Shown: positions 10,473 to 22,418, counted from the stretch's first letter. The stretch: DNA of 64,000 nt from Planktothrix sp. GU0601_MAG3 (GCA_035193785.1 CP136572.1:4148578-4212577); one strand, 5' to 3'. A program made the numbers and translations. The notes: a model not told the origin generated them from the sequence alone.

Positions 10473-13295
10473 TCAAAACCAATTTTTAGTTTTATTTCTT
10501 TGAGATTTAAGAACAATAAACAGGGCAATAAACCCTAAACCAATTGTCATTCCAGGTTCGGGAACACTAGCGGCTTTATTCAGTGGATTATTGGGTTTAT
10601 TTAACTGTTCTTTACCATCCTCTATCTTCCGATTAAATCGATCCTTAGAGGCTTCTGCGGCTTTGAGAGCTTGACGTTGTTCATCATTCACTAGAACAAT
10701 CATCGAAGAATAGGGAGTAACAATATTATAGGTCTTGGCGATCGCATGAATAGCATCTAATTGCGCCAATTGTTGTTCTGAGTTTTTCTGACTTAATCCC
10801 TGAAACTAATAATCGCGCTGCAATTTGTTCAAACCCCTGGGATTTTTGAGCTTTTTCCGTCGTTTTTTCCATAAACCAACCATAGCCATCCGCCACGGTT
10901 AAAACCTGGGATTTTGCTTGATTTTTTCCTGATTTGGGTTGGGTTGAAACTGCCAATTTTTGGGTTAATTGTTCCGTTGTCGCCATCCGCTTCATCACTT
11001 CCGAAATATCAGTTGAAACCCCGCCCCCACTATTTTGAATCATCTTTAAAGTTCCATCTTCATAAGCACCAGCCAGGGAACCTAAATGCACAATCCACAG
11101 GGGAACTTTAAGCTGAGGAACCCCGGTTTTATCTTCCGATAATTCATAACTTCCCTCATCACTAATTAATACAATTCCGTCGTAGGTTTTATTTCCTCGC
11201 AACTGTACAAACTGGCGCAACATCTCTTTAATTTGTAAGGTTCCATAAAAGACTTTTTGATTCACCTGAAACCCTGGCAAATTATCCATAAATTGGGGTT
11301 GATTTCCCGCCGTTGCTGTTACATATAAATCCGTCTGATTCTGAGGAATAATATTCTGCTTAAACCAATCTAAGGTTTTCGCTAATTCCTGTTTATGGGT
11401 TCCCATACTGCGAGAGGTATCCAAAATAATCGCAAATCGTTGATTTTGGGGCAAAATATAATCCTTTTCCCCCAAGGGTTGAGCCGTAATTTTATAATCA
11501 GCTAAACTGACTTGATGGGATTTAATTTGCTGTTGAGCGGCGGGTAAACTAGCCTCTAACCAATCTTTTTCAAATCCTTTAATTGATTTTTGATTTCTAA
11601 TTCTTTCCGTGGCTTTTGTCCAGAAAATATTACGTTTTTCTCCCAATTTAGGCAAAGGCCATTGATTCCCTTGACCCATGACTTTATAGGTTAACCACAG
11701 ATGCAATTCTGCGGGAGGATTAGGATTATTTATCTCCCAAGAAACTGATTTCGGCGGAATAGGAAATGCACGCAGTCGATAATGTTGGGTTTCCCACCTG
11801 TTCTAACAATGCTGGGTCAACGGGACGTTCCCGTCTAACTTGAGAATTATATACTTTTTGCGCCGCCCCCCGGGGAGAAACCGTAAAGGGAAAACGGGTG
11901 GCTTTATTATTCGTATCCCCTAACCAAATACCCGTAATTACGGCGGTTTCCGGTAGGGTGAAGGAGTAAAAAATTTCCTCTACATCGTTAGTTTGATTTT
12001 GATAAATTTCGTGGATTTCCACCTCGCCCCAGTCCCCCTGTTCCTGAACAGTAACCTCTTGTTTAGATAACCAAACTTTTTTCTGATTAATATTCAATAA
12101 ACCAGCTTTAGCATCATCTAAAATAACTGTAGATTTCAGCGCGTGTTGAATCGCCAGACGTTCGGCTTTTTCAATGGGAGTATCAAAAAAATTAGCATAG
12201 AGTTTCTCGGCTTTATCCGCATCTTTCTCTAAATCTCCTTGATAAAGAAAGGGAGAAATCAGTTGATTATAACTATTCTGAATCCCATCTAAAAGAGGTT
12301 GAGGTAAATGAAAAATATCTTTATACATTGCCTCCATCGAATTACTATCTTTAACGGCTCCTAAATAACGATAGGGGGATAAATAGGCATTGACTAATCC
12401 TTTCCGAATAGATTCAGATTGGGCTAATAATTCTTGTTTTTGGGGTTCGGTTTGGGGAATATTTTCTAACTTTTGAAAGGCTAAAACTTGAGGTTGACGG
12501 AGAAAACCGATTAATAATACAGTCCAAAGGGTTACAACTCCTAATGAAATTTGGGCGGTGCGAGTCCGACCATATTGGGCTGAAAAGTTGCGTAAAATTC
12601 TTTGTCCTGAATGAACATAAAGAGCAACTAAAGCCGAAGGCATTCCTAAAAATAATGTGGCTGTTCCGGCGTAAAGAATCGTCATTACAGCAAAACCCAA
12701 GAAGAAATTATGAGTTAAATCCCACCAAAGATATTCTAAAAAATTCCATGAAAATAACTGTCGTAGGAGAACTACCGCGGCCGGAACAGCATAATAAAGC
12801 AGAACTATTCCTAAATAAAATCCGACCAATAACATCAGGCTATGAATAGCCAATTGTATTCCCGATAAAACTCCAGAGTTTTTATGCTGTTTTTTTCCTA
12901 AATATCCCCAGATTAATTCTATAAAAAAGGCAGTAATACAAATTAAAATAGTGCTTAATACAAAGCGACTGGCTGGGGTCATTTCCCGCAGGATAAATAA
13001 TCTTACCAGACAGAATAAAAATAGCGGTGCTTCTACACCATAAAATAACCGGATTAACTCTACAGGTCTTTGGCGAAAATGCCGATTGGCAATAATCACG
13101 CAAACGGTGGGAAACTGCAATTAAAGCGAGTATTGTTAAAGTAAATTCTAGTTCGATTTGTCCAGCAAAGGTGGCCAAAACCAGGAAAATTGCTAGAAAG
13201 GGTAAAATCCAAATATAAACAACGGTGAGGAAGGTTACATTCCACAACCAAAAAATTAATCCAAATAGAGCATGAAGGGTTTTAGTTATATTCAT
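10473..13295 (-). CDS. PEP-CTERM integral membrane protein (TIGR02921-like; TM region, VIT and vWA-like domains), three apparent frameshifts
   Basis: C-terminal VPEP + TM + basic tail; VIT-like FTLPETAVITGIW and DPALLEQVG; ILDTSRSM; IVTPYSSMIVLVN. Confidence 0.85.
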
Positions 13296-13450
13296 ATCGC
13301 CTGATTAAGCTGTGATGAAAGTAGAAGATTTGAACAAAAACTATCGCACTCACTCAATCTTCAAGTTTAACGATCTACACTTGAGCTATCAACGATTACT
13401 GAATTGTTGATATATAAGTTTACAATTTTTTTTATATGAAATTTTACCCC

Positions 13451-13490
13451 AATAAAAAAGCTCAGGTATTACTACCTAAGCTTTTTTATT
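13451..13490 (-). terminator. Intrinsic terminator of rbp copy A
   Basis: aataaaaaagct...agcttttttatt hairpin with U-tract. Confidence 0.75.
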
Positions 13491-13548
13491 TAGATGAAAT
13501 CGAGGATATCCTCGCAGTCAATCCTAATTGGAGTGGTCAAGAAGCAAT

Positions 13549-13858
13549 TTAATAGCGACCACGACCACCATAGCCACCGCCACCTGAGCGACCGCCACCG
13601 CTACTTCCTCGGTCTTCTTTAGGTTTGGCCTTGTTCACTTTCAAACTTCGACCCATCCATTCTGCTCCATCTAGTGCTTCAATAGCTGCTGTTTCTTCTG
13701 CGTCACTTCCCATTTCCACAAAAGCAAAGCCCCGCATTCGACCTGTTTCACGATCTGTAGGGAGTTGAAACCCCTTTAACAGCACCGTACTCTGAAAAGA
13801 CCTGTTTTAGATCGTCTTGAGTGACTTCATAAGAAAGATTACCGACATAAATAGACAT
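13549..13858 (-). CDS. Gly-rich RRM RNA-binding protein (RbpA-like) copy A (frameshift ~13769)
   Basis: [32 protein letters not shown], Gly-rich tail. Confidence 0.92.
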
Positions 13859-13862
13859 AGAA

Positions 13863-13974
13863 TATCTCCAAAATCAAAATAGTGCGGAGGTTAGAATTTC
13901 GGAGAGAAGCCTGTCCAAACCAAACGGGAAATGCCCATCAAGACTACAAACAAAAGCTACGACCGAATTTTACT
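13863..13974 (-). promoter_or_regulatory. Conserved rbp 5' leader with box I/II/III-like motifs (TCTCCGAA, TTTGTTTGTAGT, TTCGGTCG)
   Basis: 111/112 identical to 14529-14640; resembles motifs described for cold-inducible Anabaena rbp leaders. Confidence 0.75.
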
Positions 13975-14107
13975 TTCATCAACCAATTTAGTATAATCTA
14001 ATTTTTAACTAAATTGACAATTCTGAAACAATTACCAAAATTTTTGCTTGACTGAGGAACTTTTTAATCTTAGGATTCAGCCCTATCTAGCAACCTCAAC
14101 CAATCTC

Positions 14108-14149
14108 AAATAAGAAAGCTCAGGTATAACTACCCAAGCTTTCTTATTT
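14108..14149 (-). terminator. Intrinsic terminator of rbp copy B
   Basis: aaataagaaagct...agctttcttattt; paralogous to 13451-13490 with a compensatory base pair. Confidence 0.75.
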
Positions 14150-14182
14150 AGATGAAATCTAGCCTATGCTCGCAGTCAAATC

Positions 14183-14524
14183 TTAATAACTGCGACCACC
14201 GCCGCCGCCACCGCGACCACCGCCGCCGCCACTGCGACCACCGCCGCCACCATAGGAGCGATTACCGCCGCCACCCGAATTCTCACGGGGTTTGGCTTTG
14301 TTCACTTTCATGGTGCGACCCATCCAATCAGCACCATCGAGTTCTTCAATGGCTTTGTCTTCTTGAGCTTCAGTTTCCATTTCCACAAAGGCAAAACCTC
14401 TGACCCGGCCTGTTTCACGGTCTTTAGGAAGTTGAACCCGTTTAACTTCACCATACTCAGCAAAGACGCTGCTCAGATCTTCCTCGTTGACCTCGTAGGC
14501 AAGATTACCGACATAAATAGACAT
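14183..14524 (-). CDS. Gly-rich RRM RNA-binding protein (RbpA-like) copy B
   Basis: Intact RNP1/RNP2 and Gly-rich C-terminus. Confidence 0.95.
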   Translation of the reverse strand: MSIYVGNLAYEVNEEDLSSVFAEYGEVKRVQLPKDRETGRVRGFAFVEMETEAQEDKAIEELDGADWMGRTMKVNKAKPRENSGGGGNRSYGGGGGRSGGGGGRGGGGGGRSY

Positions 14525-14528
14525 AAGG

Positions 14529-14640
14529 TATCTCCAAAATCAAAATAGTGCGGAGGTTAGAATTTCGGAGAGAAGCCTGTCCAAACCAAACGGGAAATGC
14601 CCATCAAGACTACAAACAAAAGCTACAACCGAATTTTACT
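14529..14640 (-). promoter_or_regulatory. Conserved rbp 5' leader, second copy
   Basis: Near-identical to 13863-13974. Confidence 0.75.
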
Positions 14641-14870
14641 CTCACTGATTACTTTAGCACAACCTGTTAAAAAACAAGCACCGACACTCCCGCAACAATC
14701 CTGGGGATTGATCTGAGGACTCTTGCTTCACGGAGGAACACTTTTAGTGCAAGCACTTCCAGTCTGATGTCCTCTCCACAAGCCCAAAATTTGGTATGTC
14801 TATCTTACACAAAAAAAACCTTTGCCCACCAATTTCCCTAGCATTTACTAGATCTGCGTGGGTCAAATTT

Positions 14871-15174
14871 TTAGTAACGTCGTGAGTAATTTTGTTTATC
14901 TCCCCAGTTACCACCGGAAGGTTTACGCTCTTCCCGGGGTCTGGCTTTATTCACTTTCAGAACTCGACCCATCCATTCTGCTGAATCGAGTTCACCAATT
15001 GCTTTGGTTTCTTCGTCATCCGTTGCCATTTTGATGAAGCCAAAACCCCGTTTTCTTTGGGTTTCCCGGTCAATAGGGATTTGAACATCTGTGACAGAAA
15101 CCATACTCACCAAAAACTGCTGTGAGATCGGTTTCTGTTACGTCGTAAGACAGATTGCCTACATAAATCGTCAT
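14871..15174 (-). CDS. RRM RNA-binding protein copy C, short tail (frameshift ~15099)
   Basis: [36 protein letters not shown]. Confidence 0.9.
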
Positions 15175-15499
15175 TAATTACCTTTTTGGTCAAAAATCAA
15201 GGGGTGTGCGGAGATTGGAACTCGGAGGCAAACGGGTAGAACTTACACTAAAGAGCAAAAACATTCCTGATGCCCTAGCGAACTAGGCTACCGATATCTA
15301 ATCTTTCCAGCATTGTAACGTTGCTTTTGTGAAAAAGCTATATCTATCCCCATTATAGAGTTAATTTCTTTGACTCGATTGTGCTTGAACTGAAGCCCCT
15401 CTAGTGTCTGATCCTATTGTTAAATATTGTAAAGGATGGTTTGGGTATTATTTAAGTATCCCATTGTCTCACGGATATCTATTCGGAGTTAAATTTCCA

Positions 15500-17776
15500 C
15501 TAACCAAGCTGACTGATTAGGAACTCCGTTGCTTTGGAACAGTCCAATGGCTCAGAAATTAAATAACCCTGTCCATAATTACACCCCAACTCGGTTAGTT
15601 TGTCTAACTGGATTTTCGTTTCAACGCCTTCTGCTACCACATCCATTCCCAAACTATGGGCTAACAAAATAATTGTACGAATAATTTCCGCCCCTTTTGA
15701 TTTAGACTGGATTTCACGGATTAAAGCCTGTCTTAACTGATTTTCTCGTTCTAAAATTTGCCGGGCTGGAATCTGCATAGCCTGGGTTAATATTTGATAA
15801 CAACCTTTGCCTAAATGTTTGGCATTATACATGGCAATATCCGCATCTCTAATTACGGCTTCCGCTTGAGAATATCCCATGGAACTGAGGGTAATTCCAA
15901 TACTAACTCCGATAAAAATCTGGTTATCATTAATATAAATAAAAATCTGGTTATCATTAATATAAAAAGGACGTTTAAGCTGTTCAATAATGCGTTGGGC
16001 TATATCCGTCACTTCATCTTGATTATGAATATTTTCTAGTAAAACAATAAACTCATCTCCCCCAAGTCTGGCAACGGTATCCTGAGATTTGATTTCCGAT
16101 CTGATGCGATGGGCTACACTCTTTAATAATTCATCTCCGACCAAATGACCCAAACTATCATTAATCACTTTAAAACGATCTAAATCCAAAAATAAAACCG
16201 CATATAAATAATTACTTATCTTTTGATTAATCTCAATTAAATGCTGAATTTTATTTAATAACCAAGCTCGATTAGGCAGCCCGGTTAAACTATCGTGAAA
16301 AGCATCAAATTTTAGTTTTTCCTCCTGTTTTAATAATTGTACTTGTGTTTTTTGTAAATTTTCTAAAGCCAGAGAAAGTTCAACCGTTCTTTGATAGACT
16401 CTATCTTCTAATTTTTTATTATAGTTTTCAAGATCTGCCTTGGCTTCTTTTAGTTCCGCCGTGCGTGCTGCTACTCGAATTTCTAACTCCTCAAAAGCGC
16501 ACTTTAATCGCTGAGTCATTTGATTAAATGACCTCGCCAAAATTCCCAATTCATCCTCTCGATTTACTTCAATATTTTGGTCTAATTCGCCTTGGGCGAT
16601 CGCTTCAGTTGCCTGACTTAATTGAATCAGAGGAGCCGTAATTCTATGGGCTGTTATTATCCCTAAAATTGTTGCTATCACCAAGGCTAAGATACACAGA
16701 AAGAACGTAACTCTTGTATTATGAATAATCAAATCCATGAAATCCCGTTCGGGAACCACAATACAAATTAACCAATCAATGCCCCTGGGATCTTCTAAGA
16801 AGGGAAAAACCTTAACAATATATCGTTCCTGATGCCATTGGAAATCTAAAGCAATAGACCTTTGAATAGACTCAAAATTTGTTACCTGATTTTGGATGGT
16901 TTTAGCCGTTTCTCTAATTAAAATATCATCACTATTAACCGCTTTTATTCTTTGAATTTTATCATTTTTAATAATAAAAGGATTACTAACGGAAGAACCA
17001 GCAATTAAAAGACCAGAACGATCTATAATAAAGCTCTGTCCAGATTTACCAATTTTCATATTCCTCAGAAAATCACTAATATCTGACAGGTATAATGCGG
17101 TATCTAGTACGCCTAATAAATGTCCTTCTCGATCATAAATGGGCAAAACGGCATCCATGGCTAAGGTTTTGTGAGCAAACCAAACATAAATCGGAGTCCA
17201 GATGCCTGTTTTAGCTTGGGTTGCCGCTTGATACCAAGGACGACGACGGGGATCATAACCATCCAATCTTTCTAAGAGTTTACCCCGTTCTCCTGTTGGG
17301 GTTAAGCGGTAAATATGAAACCAATCTTGAGTAGAATTCTGAACAATTTCCAGATTAAATTGTTGATTATTGATTCTTTGAACACCAATATATTCTCCCT
17401 GTTCACTTCCCCAAGCCAAATAATCAATGGAGGGGAAAGCCTTGATTTGACTCAGGAAAAACTGTTTTAACCGCGTAAAATCCGTTACGGAAATAAATTT
17501 TTGAGTCAGCGCGTTCCTATTCGTCTCATTCATAAGACGAGCCTGATCCAGATAGGTTTTTAGGGATAACTCTATCCGGTCACTAATTTCTTCATGTAAC
17601 TGGGCGGCTAGGTCATTGACGGCTTTTTGCCCATTTCTATGGGAAAAAAATCCCGTTATTCCCACAGCCAGCACAATTTGCAACACAAAGGGAATAACGA
17701 GTAGTTGACGGAGTGATAACTTCAGTGGTTTCAATCTCCTGGTTGTGAATAACGTTTTCAACTCTCCTATTCCCAT
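15500..17776 (-). CDS. Membrane sensor diguanylate cyclase (Cache-HAMP-GGDEF) with internally deleted EAL remnant
   Basis: YDPRRRPWY Cache motif, DELGILARSFNQM HAMP, ARLGGDEF; only the C-terminal EAL part remains (VVAEGVET, GQGYL). Confidence 0.88.
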   Translation of the reverse strand: MGIGELKTLFTTRRLKPLKLSLRQLLVIPFVLQIVLAVGITGFFSHRNGQKAVNDLAAQLHEEISDRIELSLKTYLDQARLMNETNRNALTQKFISVTDFTRLKQFFLSQIKAFPSIDYLAWGSEQGEYIGVQRINNQQFNLEIVQNSTQDWFHIYRLTPTGERGKLLERLDGYDPRRRPWYQAATQAKTGIWTPIYVWFAHKTLAMDAVLPIYDREGHLLGVLDTALYLSDISDFLRNMKIGKSGQSFIIDRSGLLIAGSSVSNPFIIKNDKIQRIKAVNSDDILIRETAKTIQNQVTNFESIQRSIALDFQWHQERYIVKVFPFLEDPRGIDWLICIVVPERDFMDLIIHNTRVTFFLCILALVIATILGIITAHRITAPLIQLSQATEAIAQGELDQNIEVNREDELGILARSFNQMTQRLKCAFEELEIRVAARTAELKEAKADLENYNKKLEDRVYQRTVELSLALENLQKTQVQLLKQEEKLKFDAFHDSLTGLPNRAWLLNKIQHLIEINQKISNYLYAVLFLDLDRFKVINDSLGHLVGDELLKSVAHRIRSEIKSQDTVARLGGDEFIVLLENIHNQDEVTDIAQRIIEQLKRPFYINDNQIFIYINDNQIFIGVSIGITLSSMGYSQAEAVIRDADIAMYNAKHLGKGCYQILTQAMQIPARQILERENQLRQALIREIQSKSKGAEIIRTIILLAHSLGMDVVAEGVETKIQLDKLTELGCNYGQGYLISEPLDCSKATEFLISQLG

Positions 17777-17803
17777 CTTATTACCAATAACTGAATACTG
17801 AAA

Positions 17804-18409
17804 TCAAATTTTGCGAGCTTCAAACCCAACCCGAGGACAATTCATTTCCCATTCCCAAAAATCCACTAATCCGATCTGAACTGCTTGGAAGGGGACAGGT
17901 CGCAGAAACGGAATCGGATCGTAATCGGGGTTATCGGGTTCATCGGGGGAAGTTGTTCTAGCTGGGCCAGAAGCCGGGGGACGACGGGATTCTTGGGGTT
18001 CATCGTTAGCCGGGCTAGGAGTGCTGGCGCGACGCGATCCCAGGGGAACTACTTTATTTTGGGTGGAGGTGGCGGGATCGGAAGTTGGGGCGGGTCGGGA
18101 AAGATCCATCTTTACCGGATGAATCCGTTGGGCGGTAAGTTCTGCCCGCTTTTCTTTAAATCCTTCCTGTCGTTCAATGGTATTCATTCCCAAACGACCT
18201 TCGATAATAATTTGATCTCCTTGATGATATTTTTCGTGAACTTCTTGGGCGAAATTACCCCAGGCAATTACTTTTAAAGTAGCGGGCGGATCGACATCGC
18301 GTAATCCGGGAAACTGAACCAACATTTCAGTCAGGGGAATTTGATTATCGGGGGTATAACGAAGTTGCGGATCTTGAATAATCTCAGCCATTAGGATAAT
18401 ACTGTTCAT
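17804..18409 (-). CDS. Cyanobacterial single-stranded DNA-binding protein family (second SSB paralogue)
   Basis: MNSIILMAEIIQDPQLRYTPD, IIEGRL, acidic DPIPF. Confidence 0.85.
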   Translation of the reverse strand: MNSIILMAEIIQDPQLRYTPDNQIPLTEMLVQFPGLRDVDPPATLKVIAWGNFAQEVHEKYHQGDQIIIEGRLGMNTIERQEGFKEKRAELTAQRIHPVKMDLSRPAPTSDPATSTQNKVVPLGSRRASTPSPANDEPQESRRPPASGPARTTSPDEPDNPDYDPIPFLRPVPFQAVQIGLVDFWEWEMNCPRVGFEARKI

Positions 18410-18543
18410 TTTTTGATCAATAAATTTGTTTACTGTGGGAGTGTTCTCCCTCGTGATTCATGAAACTCTCCCTAAGAGTTGAGTTTTTTCAATCATGACA
18501 TTTTTATGGGAAAATTTAAACGGTTTTCGCTTAATTTTTTGCC

Positions 18544-21076
18544 TCAAATATCTTCGCGGTGATCCATCCCTTGGGATTGATTTACAAAATCATGCACTAA
18601 GTTGCGATATTCTCGCAGGGTGGTATCAACCCAATCGCGATCAATACTATTGGCAAAAATATGAACCTGGGGTTCTCCCGCATCGGGTAAAACCAAAACC
18701 CAGTTATCATCTTGGTAGTTAATTAATTTGACCCCATCAATTAATTCTAGGTTGTCGGGGGAATGGGTTTCCACTAAATGTCGCATCAGTGCCCCCTTAA
18801 CCGTCCAAGGACAACGCACGGTATAGCGACGATGGACGACATGGGGTAAATCCGCCCGCACCTGGGTTAGTGAGCGTTCCTGGCTGGTTAACAGTTCAAT
18901 AATTTTGGCAATGGAAAACATAGCATCAAACCCGGGATGCAGTTGGGGGAAGATAAATCCCATGTCCCCACTGCCACCTAAAACTACGTTAGGATTGCGG
19001 TGACAAGCTTCCATTAAGGCCGTGGGATTCGCTTTGGTGCGGATGACTTTAGCATCGTAACGACGGGCAATTTGTTCGACGGCCGAAGAAGTATGTACCG
19101 GAACCACGATGGTACCGCGGGGATGGGAAGTTAAAACCATATTCACCATTAGAGAGGTTAAAAATTCCCCTCGGATGGGACTTCCGGTTTCATCTACTAA
19201 CATAAATTGTTCCCCATTGGCATAAACCTGGGCGCCAAAATTAGCGCGTAGTGCTTCTACGACTCGCCCTAATTGATCGAGTAAATTTTCCCGTTCGGGA
19301 ACCGATAAAGCGGTATGATTTAAACTAGCATTTAAAACCACCGCATCACAACCAAATTTCGCTAAAAGTTGGGGTAAAATTGCTCCAGAAACCGCATAAA
19401 CATAGTCGATCACAACCTTGGCATTACTGTAGCGTAAAATTTCACTATTGATATGTTTACTAAAACTGGCGCTATAAATATCTAACAAATCAACTGTATA
19501 ACTGACGTTACCAATTTCGGGAATTTGCGCCCGTCTTAAGTCTTCCTTGAAATAGGCCCCTTCAATTTTTTTCTCCTTAGTTTTGGTAATACTAATCCCT
19601 TTATTATCCAGAAATTCAATTAATAGATAGTCGGCCCGTTCTGGGGAGAGGCGAACGTGAATTCCTCCGGCAACATTTAAAGTAGGAATAGCCGTGCGAG
19701 TGATGGGAATGGCGGTGGCATCTAAGTTAATAATATTCACCCCAACGGACATTAAACCCGCCACTAAAGAACGAGTTACCATCCGAGAAATTGGCCGTTG
19801 ATCCCGGGAAACTGCCACCAAAGAACCGGGTTTTAAAGTTGATCCAAAAGCCGCCCCCAATTTAACCGCAAATTCCGGGGTGATATCAATATTGGCTAAT
19901 CCTTGTACCCCCCGTTGGCCGAATAAGTTGCGTTGGGCCGTATTCCCCCAAATTAAATTAATATTCAGAGTGGCCCCGGATTCGATTTTTTTACTCGGCC
20001 AAACCCGCACCCCGGGACTGATTTGGGCTTCTTCCCCCACACTGGATAAGGAAACCCACCACCGCCCCTTCTAGGACATGGGCGCGACGACCTACCCGCG
20101 CACCCCGGGCAATCACACAGGCGCGTAAATGGGCATCATCCCCAATAATTGCCCCATTCCAAATAATCGGTCGTTTGATATTGGCATCGGCCCCGATGGT
20201 GATATTATCGCCAATTACGCTTCCGGCTTCAATTTGTGCCCGCGCCCCGATGCGACAATTGCGACCAATTAAAACCGGGGTTTCGATGATGGCGGTTTCA
20301 TCAATAAAGGTATTTTCCCCAATCCACAGACCCGGAGAACGTTCGGGATAGGCAATTTTGAGTTTGACTTTCCCCATTAAGGCATCATAATGGGCTTCTC
20401 GATAGATGTCTAAATGACCAATATCACACCAATAATTATTAGCAATAAACCCATACATGGGTATGCCTTTTTCCAAAAGTAAGGGGAATAAATCTTGGGA
20501 AAAATCACATTCTTGATCAAAGGGCAAATATTCTAAAACCTCTGGTTCTAAAATATAGGTTCCGGTATTCACCGTGTCGGAAAAAACTTCACTGGCGGCG
20601 GGTTTTTCTAAGAAGCGACTAATTCGATTATTTTCGTCGGTAATGACCACACCAAATTCAATGGGGTTGGGCATTCGGGTTAAAATCAAGGTGGCTTTGG
20701 ATTGTTTCCGATGATGAAATTCGATCGCGGCAGTTAAGTCAAAATCCGTAACACTATCTCCACTGATTACAAGAAAGGTTTGATCCAAAAGTTCGGCAAT
20801 ATTTTTGACACAACCTGCGGTTCCCAGGGGTTGATCTTCTTCTACCGCATAGGTGATTTGTACCCCTAAATGACTGCCATCATGGAAATATTCTCGCATC
20901 ACATCGGGGAGATAATGCAATGTGGCGACCACTTCTGTAATATTATGTTGTTTGAGGAGATTGATAATATGTTCGGCAATCGGACGATTGAGTATCGGCA
21001 CCATCGGTTTAGGCAGATCGCAGGTTAACGGTCGTAGTCGCGTTCCTGATCCACCCGCCATTAGCACTGCTCGCAT
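18544..21076 (-). CDS. Bifunctional mannose-1-phosphate guanylyltransferase / phosphomannomutase-like protein (frameshift ~20053)
   Basis: MAGGSGTRLRPLT, LbH hexapeptide repeats, PGM/PMM-like C-terminal half (LFGQRGVQG). Confidence 0.9.
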
Positions 21077-21398
21077 ATATCCTCCTGATTGATTTAGGCT
21101 GATTTGGTGATCCGGTGTTTTCCAGATTTGAGCACAGCTAGGTTTTTAAATAAATCTGTTATAATCAAAAACCTTCTCAATAGTAGAATAGCAAATTTCC
21201 TATTGCATCGCTAAAAATATTAAAACGATTCTCTCTTGTGATCGTTAATTTTTGTGAAAATTCCGCAATTTTATTCCCTCGGGAAAAGTTACTAGCCGAT
21301 CAGTTAAGCTGTTGTCGCATCTAAATCGGTTGTTTAGATGCTAGAATAAAGCAAAGTTAATTTGTCTGTAATCCTTCAGGTACAAAATCCTTCAGATT

Positions 21399-21596
21399 AT
21401 GAATCCCCTAATTACCTTAGTATTGGTCGCCCTGTATGTAGGTGGAATCTGGAAATTTTGGACGGGGTTTGAAAATACCAACTTCAACCGCAGTTTCCAA
21501 AACCGTCTGATCTTCTCCCTGTTATGGCCAGTTTTGTTTGTGTTTAATTCTTCCTATCGGAAAAACTTTAAAAAAGCATTGAAAGGCTCAAAATAG
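21399..21596 (+). CDS. Small membrane protein
   Basis: 65-aa ORF with two hydrophobic segments. Confidence 0.7.
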   Translation: MNPLITLVLVALYVGGIWKFWTGFENTNFNRSFQNRLIFSLLWPVLFVFNSSYRKNFKKALKGSK

Positions 21597-21688
21597 ATTG
21601 CTATAGCAATTCCCGCCGAGGTCGTAATCTTTAATTGTGGCGGTTTGTTCTCCAAACCTAGGGGTTTTTTTCACAAATCTTACAATGA

Positions 21689-22410
21689 ATGGCTAAATCT
21701 TCTAGTTCATCGGGTTTTTTCAATTTGTCTGTGAGTTTCCGACCCTTTGGAAAGGGCGATCGCTGCGGTTGCCAATCGTTTTAATCGAGAATATCAGGGG
21801 GGAGCTTTTGATTTACCCCCAGAGATTGAAACGATGGAAATTTTTCGCGATCGCATGGCGGGAACTTTATCAGAAAAAATCACTTCTCCCTTTTGGGAAA
21901 TTGCCAAACCGCAAAAAAATCAGCACTGTTTAGATATTGGTTGCGGGGTGAGTTTTTTGGTTTACCCCTGGCGAGATTGGGCGGCTTTATTTTATGGTCA
22001 AGAAATTAGTACGGTGGCTAGGGATGCCCTGAATATTCGAGGGCCACAGTTAAATTCTAAACTGTTTAAAGGAGTAACTTTAGCCCCCGGTCATCAATTA
22101 CAATATGAGGCGAATCAGTTTGATTTGGCGATCGCCACGGGATGGAGTTGTTACTATCCGATCAGTTATTGGGAATTAGTTTTAAAAGAAGTCAAGCGGG
22201 TAGTTAAACCCGGGGGAGATTTTGTTTTTGATGTGTTGATTCCCGATGCTGAATTAGCCGAAGATTGGGCAATTTTAGAAACCTATTTAGGCACAGAAGT
22301 TTTCTTAGAAACCCTAGAAAATTGGGAAACGATCATCAAAGCAACGGGGGCAAAAATTTTAAAACGCCAGCCCGGAAACCCTATTTCAACTTTATAAAAT
22401 CCGCTTTTAA
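21689..22410 (+). CDS. Class I SAM-dependent methyltransferase (frameshifts ~21737 and ~22377)
   Basis: LDIGCG motif I; RVVKPGG. Confidence 0.82.
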
Positions 22411-22418
22411 ACGGAATC

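Noticed and set aside
14152..14548. Plus-strand His/Arg-rich ORFs
   Set aside because: Antisense shadows of the Gly-rich rbp gene.
17804..17910. Possible extra frameshift at GAAAC near 17905 extending SSB past DPIPF
   Set aside because: I recall similar C-terminal extensions in cyanobacterial second SSB paralogues and cannot show a break without an alignment.
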